Shown here: piece by piece, positions 1 to 10,799 of the stretch
Numbering within the stretch: position 1 is the first letter of the stretch
Layout: each line of letters opens with the position of its first letter
Assembly (NCBI RefSeq): GCF_964355755.1
Contig: NC_092680.1
Location: forward strand, 5,580,001 to 5,644,000
Source: Antedon mediterranea
Taxonomy: Eukaryota > Animalia > Echinodermata
Direction of reading: 5' to 3'
DNA: 64,000 nucleotides
Notes under the pieces: generated by a model
Told to the model about the DNA's origin: nothing
The model's input: the letters and a program-made list of their open reading frames with translations, nothing else
The model's database searches: none
Program-made: the position numbers and the translations under genes

Positions 1-188
1 GAAAAATGCACGTTTAGATGTTTCTACAAGCAAAACGGATACAATATAATCACAATAAATAACACTTGATAAATAAAATGTGGGAAAATGTTACAAATAT
101 TTTACTACTAAGAAAACTGCGGCTAGAGGAATATTCTTGTAGCCGGTTACGACTTCGTACTGCTACAGTACTACACTCTTTATTGAAA

Positions 189-2075
189 ATGGAAAGATAT
201 TGCTGGTGTGGGAAAATTAGATACTTGTTGCTTTGTATTCTCATACAATCTTGTTGCTTTTCTTTTGGATTCAGTAAAATTATAATACATCCAGCAGAAC
301 AGCATGTTTTTGTCGGAGAAAATGCGATAGTTGAATGCAATAATCATCACGACGAGAAACAGTTTTGGAAATGGTATAGCGTGACCGAAAACAATCTCAA
401 CGCCAAATTAATATGGAATGAACGTTCGAATGTTATTAAACAAAGTAGGTTTAACTTTGAAGTTTATGAGCAAAGGAAAAGTAGTTCCAGTAGACTGACG
501 ATAATGGGTGTTACAGTTGCTGACCAGGCTAAATACATCTGTTCACATGGAACTTTTTTAGCAATTGCTAACATTTCAGTGACCATTGGTAAACGATTGG
601 ACTCCAATTATCCAGAGTGCAAAACACACTTCTCAGAAGTCAACACAGAGAAAAAAGTACAGATGAATTGCACTGCAAATGGCGGCGAACCAAGACCAAC
701 ATTAAAATGGTACAGAAACGGTGAAAAATTAAAAGAATTTGATAAATTTCTTCTTTCTAATGGGACTTGCACGAATAATGTTGAATATTTATTGACACCT
801 AATGACGAAGGGGCTGTGTTCACATGTAGAGCAGAAGGCGTGGCAGCAGATGACAATCATAGTTGTTCCATTTCTTTAGAAACTCTTCCAACGGTCACCA
901 TTATTGCAACTGAAACATCCTTCACTGTTGGTAACTCAATGGGGTTCACATGTATGGTAATGAGCCCGTGGACCGTCACAAGCTACAGGTGGACGTTTGA
1001 TAATCAGATGGTGCAGTTATCAAATCCAGAATTTAGACATGATATTAATAATAGTATGTTAGTTAAATTGAATTTACAAGAAGACGATGAAGCTAAAGAA
1101 ATTGAATGCATTGCGATGACGGCCTCTGGGTTAAATGCTAGCGATTCTGTGCAAATTTCACTTGCACATAAAAGTCGCAAAATTGTTTTAAAAGCGGTTG
1201 CAGGAATAGTAACTCTGTTATGGGCGTGTATTATCATATTGGTTATAATAAAGAGAAATCCAATTAAATCATTAGTTACTAATTGTAATGTATCTACAAG
1301 GGATAGGCATACTGTTATAAATGATGTATCATCACCGTCCAAAACAAGCAGCAACTCTATACATAACGATATAAAATCGCAATCAGAAGAGTCAAATAGT
1401 TTTCCTATTAGAAGAAATATTGAACAAGAAAGTGTTTCATTCGATACTAATGCTGACTCTTTCGACACTTATGGAAGTATTAGTAATTTACAAGATTTGG
1501 ATTCACAGGAACGCGAACATGTTTGTAACAAGCAAACCGTTACAGGAAGTGACGATGTTCTTGACTCTCACGATACGTATGTATCGATGTTAGCCCGACC
1601 TCATAAACCACATAGAAGAACTTATTTCGTTGATTTAAATTCAAAACCAATAAAAGAAACCCACGGAACACCATCAGTTAGTAAGTTAGTCCATTCTAGA
1701 ACTATATATGCAAAACCACTGAATATGACGCAACACCGACGTTCACGATCGTCTGGGACACTGGCCGATTTTAGATATCTTTATGCAAAACCAAATAAAA
1801 AAACTAAACGACACGATAAACCACACTTGTATAGAATACATGGTTATAAAGCTATCTATGCAACGCCTACTATACGTCCCAAATCAATACATCAATCACT
1901 CGAAGATATTTCAAAAGTAACTAAAAATGACTCGTATAAAAACCGGTTGGGATCAGTTGATAATTTGTACGCCCAGCTTAACAGTAATTCCTTAGGAATG
2001 AATTCAGGAATGTATACAGGTTCTGATAAAGGCTTAAATGCACATGATGCAATGTTTCTTTTCTCCAGAATGTGA
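189..2075 (+). CDS. IgSF receptor 1 (divergent member): signal peptide, 3 Ig domains, TM, long Tyr-rich tail (TIYAKP, YLYAKP, AIYATP, NLYAQL)
   Basis: Uninterrupted ORF 66..2075. The first ATG followed by a hydrophobic leader (MERYCWCGKIRYLLLCILIQSCC) is at 189. Ig motifs: VEC..WKW..LTI..D.A.YIC; C.ANGGEPRPTLKWYRNG..FTCRAEG; FTC..SPW..YRW..IEC. TM: IVLKAVAGIVTLLWACIIILVII. Confidence 0.85.
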   Translation: MERYCWCGKIRYLLLCILIQSCCFSFGFSKIIIHPAEQHVFVGENAIVECNNHHDEKQFWKWYSVTENNLNAKLIWNERSNVIKQSRFNFEVYEQRKSSSSRLTIMGVTVADQAKYICSHGTFLAIANISVTIGKRLDSNYPECKTHFSEVNTEKKVQMNCTANGGEPRPTLKWYRNGEKLKEFDKFLLSNGTCTNNVEYLLTPNDEGAVFTCRAEGVAADDNHSCSISLETLPTVTIIATETSFTVGNSMGFTCMVMSPWTVTSYRWTFDNQMVQLSNPEFRHDINNSMLVKLNLQEDDEAKEIECIAMTASGLNASDSVQISLAHKSRKIVLKAVAGIVTLLWACIIILVIIKRNPIKSLVTNCNVSTRDRHTVINDVSSPSKTSSNSIHNDIKSQSEESNSFPIRRNIEQESVSFDTNADSFDTYGSISNLQDLDSQEREHVCNKQTVTGSDDVLDSHDTYVSMLARPHKPHRRTYFVDLNSKPIKETHGTPSVSKLVHSRTIYAKPLNMTQHRRSRSSGTLADFRYLYAKPNKKTKRHDKPHLYRIHGYKAIYATPTIRPKSIHQSLEDISKVTKNDSYKNRLGSVDNLYAQLNSNSLGMNSGMYTGSDKGLNAHDAMFLFSRM

Positions 2076-2734
2076 ATGATATCTATAGCATTATGTATTC
2101 AAGCATTGCCTAGACATTTATGATACAGATGTTGATGATACAAACGCCCAACTATCGTTGACCATGAAGAACAGAGATGAACGGTTTGAGTCATTGTGCT
2201 ATAAATAGTATAACATTCTATATCTCTAGAATCTATATTATTTGACACGAGTGATATTAGGAAGACGATTTACACTACAAACGATAATATTTCAATATAA
2301 TTGTTGCAATTTGTAATGTTTAATTATACTAAACGACTGAGTAAATCATTAATTAAGAAAATGCATGATTCTAAAAATATTATAACAATCCTCTTAAGAA
2401 TGTTTAAGCACCATTCTTTATGATAAGTACCGCACACATGAAAGAAGAAGTAACACATTGTGATATATTGTTTGTTATTGAATTTTTATAGATATGTACG
2501 GAAATTGTTGAGATACCTCGGAAACCATGTCTATTTTTCCTATCTATTAAACAACTGCTTTCGGAAGCTATTCACATAAAACCATTCTCGGAAAACATAC
2601 TTTGAAAGCGTAATATGTCACAAGACAATCTATATTATTTATAAATTGGAAGTACAACGGGTATTACGTTTAGAGTAGAAAATCTGTTGCTCAATAAACA
2701 ACATATTACATGTTTTATCTTTTTACTATATCAT

Positions 2735-4198
2735 ATGATGGTGTTCACTGGACGTTGCATGTTTATTTTTATTTGCAACATATTGTTCAATTATTGTTTA
2801 ATTCCTGCTGCTGCTGTAACAATACAACCGTTGAAAATAGATGTATTTGCTGGAGAAAATGCTGTATTTGAGTGCAATACTGATACACTAAGTTCTACAT
2901 CCAAATGGATTTGGCTTAAAGGTGCTGCTGATTTAATAGCCAAGGAAGATGTGTTTGTAAGCAATGGATATGAAGTATTGATCAGCAAAAATAGAACAAC
3001 TAGCGTATTGACAATACTTAATACTACCATTGAGGATGAAAGTATATATCATTGTCAACTTAGCTCATCATCGCCAAAAGCCACTCTAACAGTTTTGGAG
3101 GGAGTGAAATTAAACTCACTTTATCCACAGTGTGAATCGGACACCTCGTTACTAAACACAGAAACAACAGTCCAAATAAAATGTTTTGCAGAAGGAGGCA
3201 AACAAAGACCAGAATTACAATGGTACAGAAACGGAATCAAGCTAACAGAACAGACCGATCTCTTCGATGGTAAGTCTTCATACTTTGACGAGTTAACACG
3301 TGTACTGACTATCGATGACGAAGATGCTGTTTTTATGTGTAAAGCAGAAGGACCAGCTGCCGATGAGAATCAGTCATGCCAGCTACAGTTAACGGTTCCC
3401 CCAGACGTTCATATAATCTCTAACGGAACAACTTTTACCTCTGGAGGATCTCTGTTTTTGACTTGTATAACAGTAAGTCCTTGGAAAATAACAGACTATA
3501 TTTGGAAAATTGATAACGAGTTATTAATTTCGAGTAAATTAATGTATTCCATAGAGAACAATGGGAGAAACATTGCAATATTTGATCTCAATCAGAATTA
3601 TAATATCGTAATTGGTTGTGACGTAACCACGTCTTCTGGATTGGTTGGTAACGATACTATTGAGCTAAAGTATGAAGATAAAACGTCTAATGATCACAAT
3701 TATTTAATCCTAATTGTGTGTCTTTCAATTAGTATGTGTTTTGTTGGATTATTGATTGGTAGTTTGGTTAAATTCAGAAAATTGTTTAAATCGTTTAAAT
3801 GTTTTTGTATCATTAATGATAAATGTAATCAGAAACAAAGTATAGTCACATCATGCCCCAAAACAACTAGGTCATCTGATCAGACAATTTCTGGTGAAAT
3901 AGTGTATTCAGGGTTAACTACGTCATCTGATCAGACAATTTCTGGTGAAATAGTGTATTCAGGGTTAAATACGTCATCTGCTCAGACAATTTCTGGTGAA
4001 ATAGTGTATTCAGGGTTAAATACGTCATCTGATCAGACAATTTCTGGTGAAATAGTGTATTCAGGGTTAAATACGTCATCTGATCAGACAATTTCTGGTG
4101 AAATGGTGCATTCAGGGTTAGTTCCAACAACTTCCTCAATATACACCGAACTAAACCAAACAAATGTGAATGAATCACCATACGAATCATTAACTTGA
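2735..4198 (+). CDS. IgSF receptor 2: 3 Ig domains, TM, tail with tandem ITIM-like IVYSGL x4 plus SIYTEL and SPYESL
   Basis: ORF 2687..4198; the family-typical start MMVFTG is at 2735. Same Ig motifs as the paralogs. TM: YLILIVCLSISMCFVGLLIGSLV. The tail contains a 17-aa repeat. Confidence 0.9.
   Translation: MMVFTGRCMFIFICNILFNYCLIPAAAVTIQPLKIDVFAGENAVFECNTDTLSSTSKWIWLKGAADLIAKEDVFVSNGYEVLISKNRTTSVLTILNTTIEDESIYHCQLSSSSPKATLTVLEGVKLNSLYPQCESDTSLLNTETTVQIKCFAEGGKQRPELQWYRNGIKLTEQTDLFDGKSSYFDELTRVLTIDDEDAVFMCKAEGPAADENQSCQLQLTVPPDVHIISNGTTFTSGGSLFLTCITVSPWKITDYIWKIDNELLISSKLMYSIENNGRNIAIFDLNQNYNIVIGCDVTTSSGLVGNDTIELKYEDKTSNDHNYLILIVCLSISMCFVGLLIGSLVKFRKLFKSFKCFCIINDKCNQKQSIVTSCPKTTRSSDQTISGEIVYSGLTTSSDQTISGEIVYSGLNTSSAQTISGEIVYSGLNTSSDQTISGEIVYSGLNTSSDQTISGEMVHSGLVPTTSSIYTELNQTNVNESPYESLT
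3872..4120 (+). repeat. Coding minisatellite, 51-bp unit x ~5 (SSDQTISGEIVYSGL[T/N]T)
   Basis: Near-perfect repeats of tcatctgatcagacaatttctggtgaaatagtgtattcagggttaa(c/a)tacg start at 3872, 3923, 3974, 4025 and 4076. The last copy reads MVHSGL. Confidence 0.95.
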
Positions 4199-5548
4199 AC
4201 ATTTTCTATATATCTGAATATGTTGCATCAGATTCGTGCATATTTTTAACCATTGCTTCTTTAATGTACAAAGTAGTTGCTTTGTATTAAAAAACAAGTC
4301 TGCATATCTATGTATTACACTAACAGTAGCAATAACAGTTTGAAATTTACTTACAATTTTACTCAAAATATGGGAAAAAATATTGCTGTTGTTACAGAAA
4401 ACCATAATAAATGCTTAAAATTTATTTCATATACAATAATTTTCATTTGATTTCACTTCAGTGATTATTATAGTACTTCATTGTCATTTTTCAACATTTA
4501 ACAATTTGATATCTCATAATGGCTTTTGTTTAGCAAATGTTATCAAGATTGCCATATTAAATGCTATATGATGCATATTTTGCACTGATATTGTATGTAT
4601 ATAAAGTATTTCCGAAATAAATAATGTATGACAGCATGATTTTAAGGTTATTGTAGATTAATTGTAAATGATAGTCTGGTTTGTAATTATAAATTCTTAC
4701 ACGAGCAGCTTTTTTAGAAGAATCTTCTCGCCGGGAGAATTATAAAACATGTTTAAAGTTCTCCCGACAACCTAAAAACGGGATTTAAGATGTCTTCGTG
4801 CCTCGTCATTCGATGCTGTCTGAGTTGGCCTTAAGGAACAACGAAACTGTTAAGAAGGTATTCAACATCTAATTTTATATTTTTACCATTGGTTTAATAA
4901 AAGAATTGTATACATTCATTTGCATTGTAGATGATGGTAGGTCTGTAATATTAAAATGAAATTGCACGCACGCGTAACAGAGGTTAAATTGATACGCCCT
5001 CAAACTTATGGACAGGAGTTAAGAAATGTTAAAGTTTCAAACTCAAAATATCGTTGATATGTTGATCATGTGTGTTATGCTTGCCTGCAACTAATTGATA
5101 CAAACCCTGTATCATGAAATCTAAATCCTTAGACTTTTTCAAACAAAATATGTAACCATGTTTGTTTTCAACTCTGTATGCATATTCATAAATGAAAAGT
5201 GTATTTTACAACGTTTTAGATTGTTCTGCATAAATAAATGCCATTAGAAAAAATAAAATAAACACAACGGGCAAAAGAATTGCATGCATTTGAATAAAAA
5301 TGGAAACACCTCACGACGATTTTACAGTGTGAATTAAGAAGTAAACATTATAGTGTGGAGCGTGTGTTCTACAGTATGCTGTTCAAGTACTACCGTACAC
5401 CAAGACAGACGTAGATCATTGTGGCTTACTGATTGCAGGATATTTTGGAAGGAAACAACTTAAATATTGGAAAAAACAATTGTATATATTTATGTTATTA
5501 CTGGATGTGTACTAGAAGTATGTTTTGATTATACCGTACTAGGACGCC

Positions 5549-6813
5549 ATGATGTTCACCGGCCGTTTAATTTGGTTTATATTTCCTGTTGTGTGTAACT
5601 ATTGGTTACTGTCTGAAGCTGGTATCACTATACAACCAATGAATCTTGAAGTATTTGCTGGTGAAAATGCTGTATTTGAGTGCAGTGTTGATACAATAAG
5701 CTCTTCATCCAAGTGGCAATGGTTTAAGGGTGATGATGGCATAATATACAAGGAAGATGTGTTTGTAACATTTGGATATGAAGTAATGATAAGCAACGGC
5801 AGAACAACCAGTTCATTGACAATACTGAATACTACTACTATTGATGATGATGGAGACTCTTATCATTGTATGTTTGGTTCAGTATCACCATTCGCTAGCT
5901 TAGCAGTTATTGAAGGAATGAGGCTAGACTCTATGTATCCGCAGTGTGAAGCTGAAACCTCGTTACTGAACACAGAAACAACAGTCCAAATAACATGTAT
6001 TGCAGAAGGAGGTAAACCAAGACCAGAATTACAATGGTACAGAAACCGAATCAAGCTAACAGAACAGTTTGATCTCTTCGATGGTAAGTCTTCATACTTT
6101 GACGAGTTTTAACACGTGTACTGACCATCGATGACGAAGAGGCAGTGTTTATGTGTAAAGCAGAAGGTCCAACTGCAGATGAGAATCAGTTATGTCAGGT
6201 ACAGTTAAGAGTTCCCCCAGACGTTCACATATTCTCTAATTCAACAGCTTATAAATCAGGAGATCTAGAATTGACTTGTAAAACAATGAGTCCATGGAAA
6301 ATAACGGATTATATTTGAACGATTAATAACGAGTTATTAATTTTTAGTGAATTAAAGTATATCTTAAAGAACGATGGGAGAAACATAGAAATATTTGACG
6401 TCAATCATAATTGTAATATCTTCATTCGTTGTGACGTAACCACGTCTTCTGGATTGGTTGGTAACGATACTATTGAGGTAAAGTATGAAGATAAAACATC
6501 TAATGATTCAAATGACTTACCTATAAGCTTAATTGTGTGTCTTTCATTTTGTATGTTTTTTCTTGGATTGTGTATTGGTATTTTAGTTAAATTCAGCAAA
6601 GTTTTAAAATCAATCAGATCGATTCTCATGAATAAAACTAAATCTGATCAAAATGGATCTGAGAATCACGATACGAGCACTGCTGAACCTTGTTACCAGA
6701 ATACAATTATAGAAAATGATCAGACAATATCTGGTGAAATGACGTATTCAGGGTTAGTTCCAACAACTCCTTCAATATATAGAGAACTAAATCAAATAAA
6801 GGTTAATGAATAA
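5549..6813 (+). pseudogene. IgSF receptor 3 pseudogene (ITAM-type tail)
   Basis: Frameshift at ~6108-6111 (gacgagttttaacacg vs gacgagttaacacg in paralogs) plus TGG>TGA at 6316-6318. The remainder aligns almost exactly with receptor 4. There are two independent lesions. Confidence 0.9.
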
Positions 6814-8200
6814 GAGTCATAATACATCAGATTCTGTCTAAACATGTTCTATTCTGTCTGAATTACTATAAGGCATTTAATGTATGCATGATAGTTTGTC
6901 TATCGAATGGTAACAACTGATTTACATTGGTAGTCTGTTTCTTTACGTACTTTATTACAGTACCCGATGTAACTATTCTACTTTTGCTTTGTGCTTTATA
7001 ATAAAAGAAAGGTCAAGTCTGCAAATATAATGTAAAACCGTTAGATATATAGATTTTGGTTTTTTTATGCATGTATTTATGAAAGAATATGTTATTATAT
7101 GATACAAATGACAAAAAGTTTTTTAAAAAAATGTTTTGTATACTGTAGTCTTAATAATCGAAGTTTAATAATATAATCATTCACTATGTTATTGGTTTTA
7201 AATATATATCTGTAGTAAGCATAATGATGAGTCTTAAAATAATTACCCTATAATAAAAAAGATAATGTTATGTTGTTACACCTATGTTATGTAAATAAAT
7301 ATTATATTAAATATTAAATTGTGTTGTAATAATTGTACAGTCAGCAAGGAATATAAGATGACTTACCAGACTATATGATAGTATATATCAACCTTTTACA
7401 GTCAGTATACTTTTTCTATAGAATGATAACTGTAGGCACGATGATATTTATAGTGTTAATAGAAGAAAATGATAATGATCCTAAATAAATTACGATTGTG
7501 ACATTAATGATTATAATAAAGAAAAGATGACAAATAGTGACAAATAATAATAAAAGAGGGTGCACTCGCCGATGAGGCCAGTTTAAATTGGAAGCGGCAA
7601 TATTATTATGGTCAGTATGCAAAACAACAGGGCTAACGTGTTTGGTTTTTCTCAAATATGAAACATTGCTGTGGGTATAGAAACACTTATACACATACCG
7701 GTACATTCGGTAAACTGACAACACGTCAAACTAAGACTAAAGCGTGGTTCCTACTATGACGCAACGCAAGGACGTAGACGCAACGCAAGCGAGTTGACCA
7801 ATGACAAGCAACTGTTCGAATAATCCATCGCTTGTGATTAGTCAAATCACTTACGTTGCGTTACGTCGTTGCGTTGCGTCTCTAGTGAGAACCAACCCTC
7901 TAGCAACAGCAAATGTGACCAAACAGAGCCCTCAGTCCCTATATACACTCAATGAAACTATATCTGTCTAACTCACATGGCACTGTTTTTAACAACATTA
8001 TCCTAATCACATGGGCCTAGACTATCTAGACTAGACCATACTATCTTTGTTGCAAGAAGCAATAGTCTACCTGGCGGTTTTCGGACATGTGAATAGATAC
8101 TAAAATATCCATATTGAATTCAGGAAGTTACTTTAAAAATAATAATATTATACTATACTTATACGTCACTGCACTGACTGAAGAATTCTTTCTTATATTA
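6030..8200 (+). repeat. Segmental duplication: 3' half of receptor 3 plus downstream intergenic DNA, paralogous to ~9160-12390
   Basis: Coding sequence and 3' flank are near-identical (e.g. tacatcagattctgtctaaacatg and cgtcaaactaagactaa occur in both). The copies differ by a MITE in the first and a Helitron in the second. Confidence 0.85.
7741..7900. mobile_element. Palindromic MITE (~160 bp)
   Basis: Imperfect long inverted repeat (ggttcctactatgacgcaacgcaag... / ...gttgcgttgcgtctctagtgagaacc). It is absent from the paralogous site at ~12140-12150 (agactaagcaac). A partial relative lies at ~26330-26380. Confidence 0.8.
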
Positions 8201-8396
8201 ACACAAAAGAGCATAAAAGATGTCCATGCTTAAGCACTACCGATGCATAACAATTTAAAAAGTCGAGTCAGTGTACTATTACATAGTACGACGCATAATT
8301 TTAACGTAGCAGGATGCAAATCATTCGTGTGGTTCTGATGTTTATAGATACTCGGGCGTACTTTTAAATTCTACAGGACTGGAGGTATGTTTTGAT

Positions 8397-8664
8397 GGAG
8401 TGGAGCTGTGGCTTGGTGGTTATGATGCTTGGCTACCAATCTAAGGGTCCTGGGTTCAAGTCCTGTCATATGTCAGGGTTTTTTCTCATGACAATTTACA
8501 ACTCCACTCCCAAAGACTTAATAATAAGTCTTTGTTTATGTAGAGCATCTTGTGTATTTGTTTGTCTTGTGAAATTTTAAATAGTTTATCCATCCTGTAA
8601 TTGGCGGGTTACTCGCTGTTGGATGAGTATGAAATAAATAAAATAAAATAAAAATAAAAATAAA
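8397..8664 (+). mobile_element. tRNA-derived SINE inserted just upstream of the receptor 4 start codon
   Basis: Pol III A box-like tggcttggtgg, B box ggttcaagtcc and an (AAAAT)n tail. It interrupts the tatgttttgat...atgatgttc leader seen contiguous in the paralogs. Confidence 0.8.
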
Positions 8665-8669
8665 ATGTC

Positions 8670-9941
8670 ATGATGTTCACTGGCCTTTGTAACGTTATAT
8701 TTGTTTGGTCTATATGTTCTATTGTGTGTAACAACTTATTAGTTTCTGAAGCTGTTACAACAATACAACCATTGACACTTGAAGTATTCGCTGGAGAAAA
8801 TGCTGTATTTGAATGTAACGTTGACACACTTGAACCAATATTCCCTTGGCAATGGTTTAAAGGTAGAGATGTTAGAATAGCACTGGAAGATATGTTTGTA
8901 AAAAATGGATATAGTGTTAGTATCAGTAACAATAGGAGAACCAATGCGTTAACAATATTCAACACTACGCTCAGTCATGGCCAAAGTCAGTATGCTTGTC
9001 AATATGGTTCTGTATCATCATTCGTTAATCTGACAGTATTTGAGATAATGAAGTTAGACTCAACGTATCCAAAGTGTGAGGCAAACATAACGTTGATAAA
9101 CACTTTGAAAACAGTCCAACTAAAATGTAGAGAAAAAGGTAGCAATCCAAGACCAGAATTACAATGGTACAGAAACGGAATCAAGCTAACAGAACGGGTT
9201 GATCTCTTCGATGGTAGTTCTTCTTACTTTGACGAGTTAACACGTGTACTGAATATCGATGACGAAGAGGCAGTGTTTATGTGTAAAGCAGAAGGTCCAG
9301 CTGCAGATGAGAATCAGTTATGTCAGGTACAGTTAAGAGTTCCCCCAGACGTTCACATATTCTCTAATGCAACAGCTTATAAATTCGGAGATCTAGAATT
9401 GACTTGTAAAACAATGAGTCCATGGAAAATAACGGATTATATTTGGACGATTAATAACGAGTTATTAATTTTTAGTGAATTAAAGTATATCTTAAAGAAC
9501 GATGGGAGAAACATAGAAATATTTGACGTCAATCATAATTGTAATATCTTCATTCGTTGTGACGTAACCACGTCTTCTGGATTGGTTGGTAACGATACTA
9601 TTGAGGTAAAGTATGAAGATAAAACATCTAATGATTCAAATGACTTACCTATAAGCTTAATTGTGTTTCTTTCATTTTGTATGTTTTTTCTTGGATTGTT
9701 TATTGGTATTTTAGTTAAATTCAGCAAAGTTTTAAAATCAATCAGATCGATTTTCATGAATAAAACTAAATCTGATCAAAATGGATCTGAGAATCAAGAT
9801 ACGAGCACTGCTGAACCTTCTTACCAGAATACAATCATAGAAAATGATCGGACAATATCTGGTGAAATGACGTATTCAGGGCTAGTCCCAACAACTCCCT
9901 CAATATACACAGAAGTAAATCAAATAAAGGTTAATGAATAA
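8670..9941 (+). CDS. IgSF receptor 4: 3 Ig domains, TM, short tail with ITAM-like E-x7-E-x2-YSGL-x7-YTEV
   Basis: Intact 423-aa ORF with leader MMFTGLC..., the Ig motifs and TM LPISLIVFLSFCMFFLGLFIGILV. Confidence 0.9.
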   Translation: MMFTGLCNVIFVWSICSIVCNNLLVSEAVTTIQPLTLEVFAGENAVFECNVDTLEPIFPWQWFKGRDVRIALEDMFVKNGYSVSISNNRRTNALTIFNTTLSHGQSQYACQYGSVSSFVNLTVFEIMKLDSTYPKCEANITLINTLKTVQLKCREKGSNPRPELQWYRNGIKLTERVDLFDGSSSYFDELTRVLNIDDEEAVFMCKAEGPAADENQLCQVQLRVPPDVHIFSNATAYKFGDLELTCKTMSPWKITDYIWTINNELLIFSELKYILKNDGRNIEIFDVNHNCNIFIRCDVTTSSGLVGNDTIEVKYEDKTSNDSNDLPISLIVFLSFCMFFLGLFIGILVKFSKVLKSIRSIFMNKTKSDQNGSENQDTSTAEPSYQNTIIENDRTISGEMTYSGLVPTTPSIYTEVNQIKVNE

Positions 9942-10799
9942 TAGTCATCATACATCAGATTCTGTCTAAACATGTTCTATTCTGTCTGAATTACTATAAG
10001 GCATTTAAGGTATGCATGATAGTTGTCTATCGAATGGTAACAACTGATTTACATTGATAGTCTGTTTCTTTACGTACTTTATTGCAGTACCTGGTGTAAC
10101 TATTCTACTTTGCTTTGTGCTTTATATTAAAAAGAACGTTTAGTCTGCAAATATAATGTAAAACCGTTTGATATATAGATTTAGGGTTTTTTATGCATGT
10201 ATTTATGAAAGAATATGTTATTATATTTTATGATACAAATGACAAAATATATAATAGTCGTATATTGTTGGCTTAATAATTGAAGTTTATTAATAATATA
10301 TTCGTTCAATATGTTATTGGTTTTAAATATATATCTGTAGTAGGCACAATGATGAGTCCTAAAATAATTATGTTGTTACACCTATGTTATGTAAATAAAT
10401 ATTCTATTAAATATTAAAGTGTGTTGTAATAATTGTACAGTCAGCAAGGAATATATGATGACTTACCAGACTATATGATAGTAAATATCAACCTTTTACA
10501 GTGAGTCTAATTGTTCTATAGAATGATAACTGTAGGCCCTGATGATAATAGTGATAATGAAGAAAATGCTGATGATTCTAAATAAAATTACGGTTGTGAC
10601 ATTAAGGATTATAATAAAGAAAAGATGACAATAAATAGGAAAAATAATAATAGAGGTTGCACTCTGATAAGGCCAATTTAATTTGGAATTAATGATGATG
10701 ATTAATATGATTACGGCCAGCATGCAAAACAACAGAGCAAACATGTTTGGTTTTCTCAAATATGAGACATTGCTGTGGGTATAGTAACACTTACACACA

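Noticed and set aside
66-188. N-terminal extensions of the ORF-track calls (66, 2687, 13027, 22587)
   Set aside because: They begin at TTG codons. The family-conserved ATG followed by a signal peptide lies downstream.
3872-4120. Regular repeats resembling a CRISPR array
   Set aside because: The units are contiguous with no unique spacers, are in frame within a eukaryotic CDS, and have no cas genes nearby.
8400-8475. tRNA gene (also ~43480-43550)
   Set aside because: Only A/B boxes are recognisable and I could not fold a full cloverleaf. Each continues into a SINE body and simple-repeat tail and is absent from the paralogous sites.
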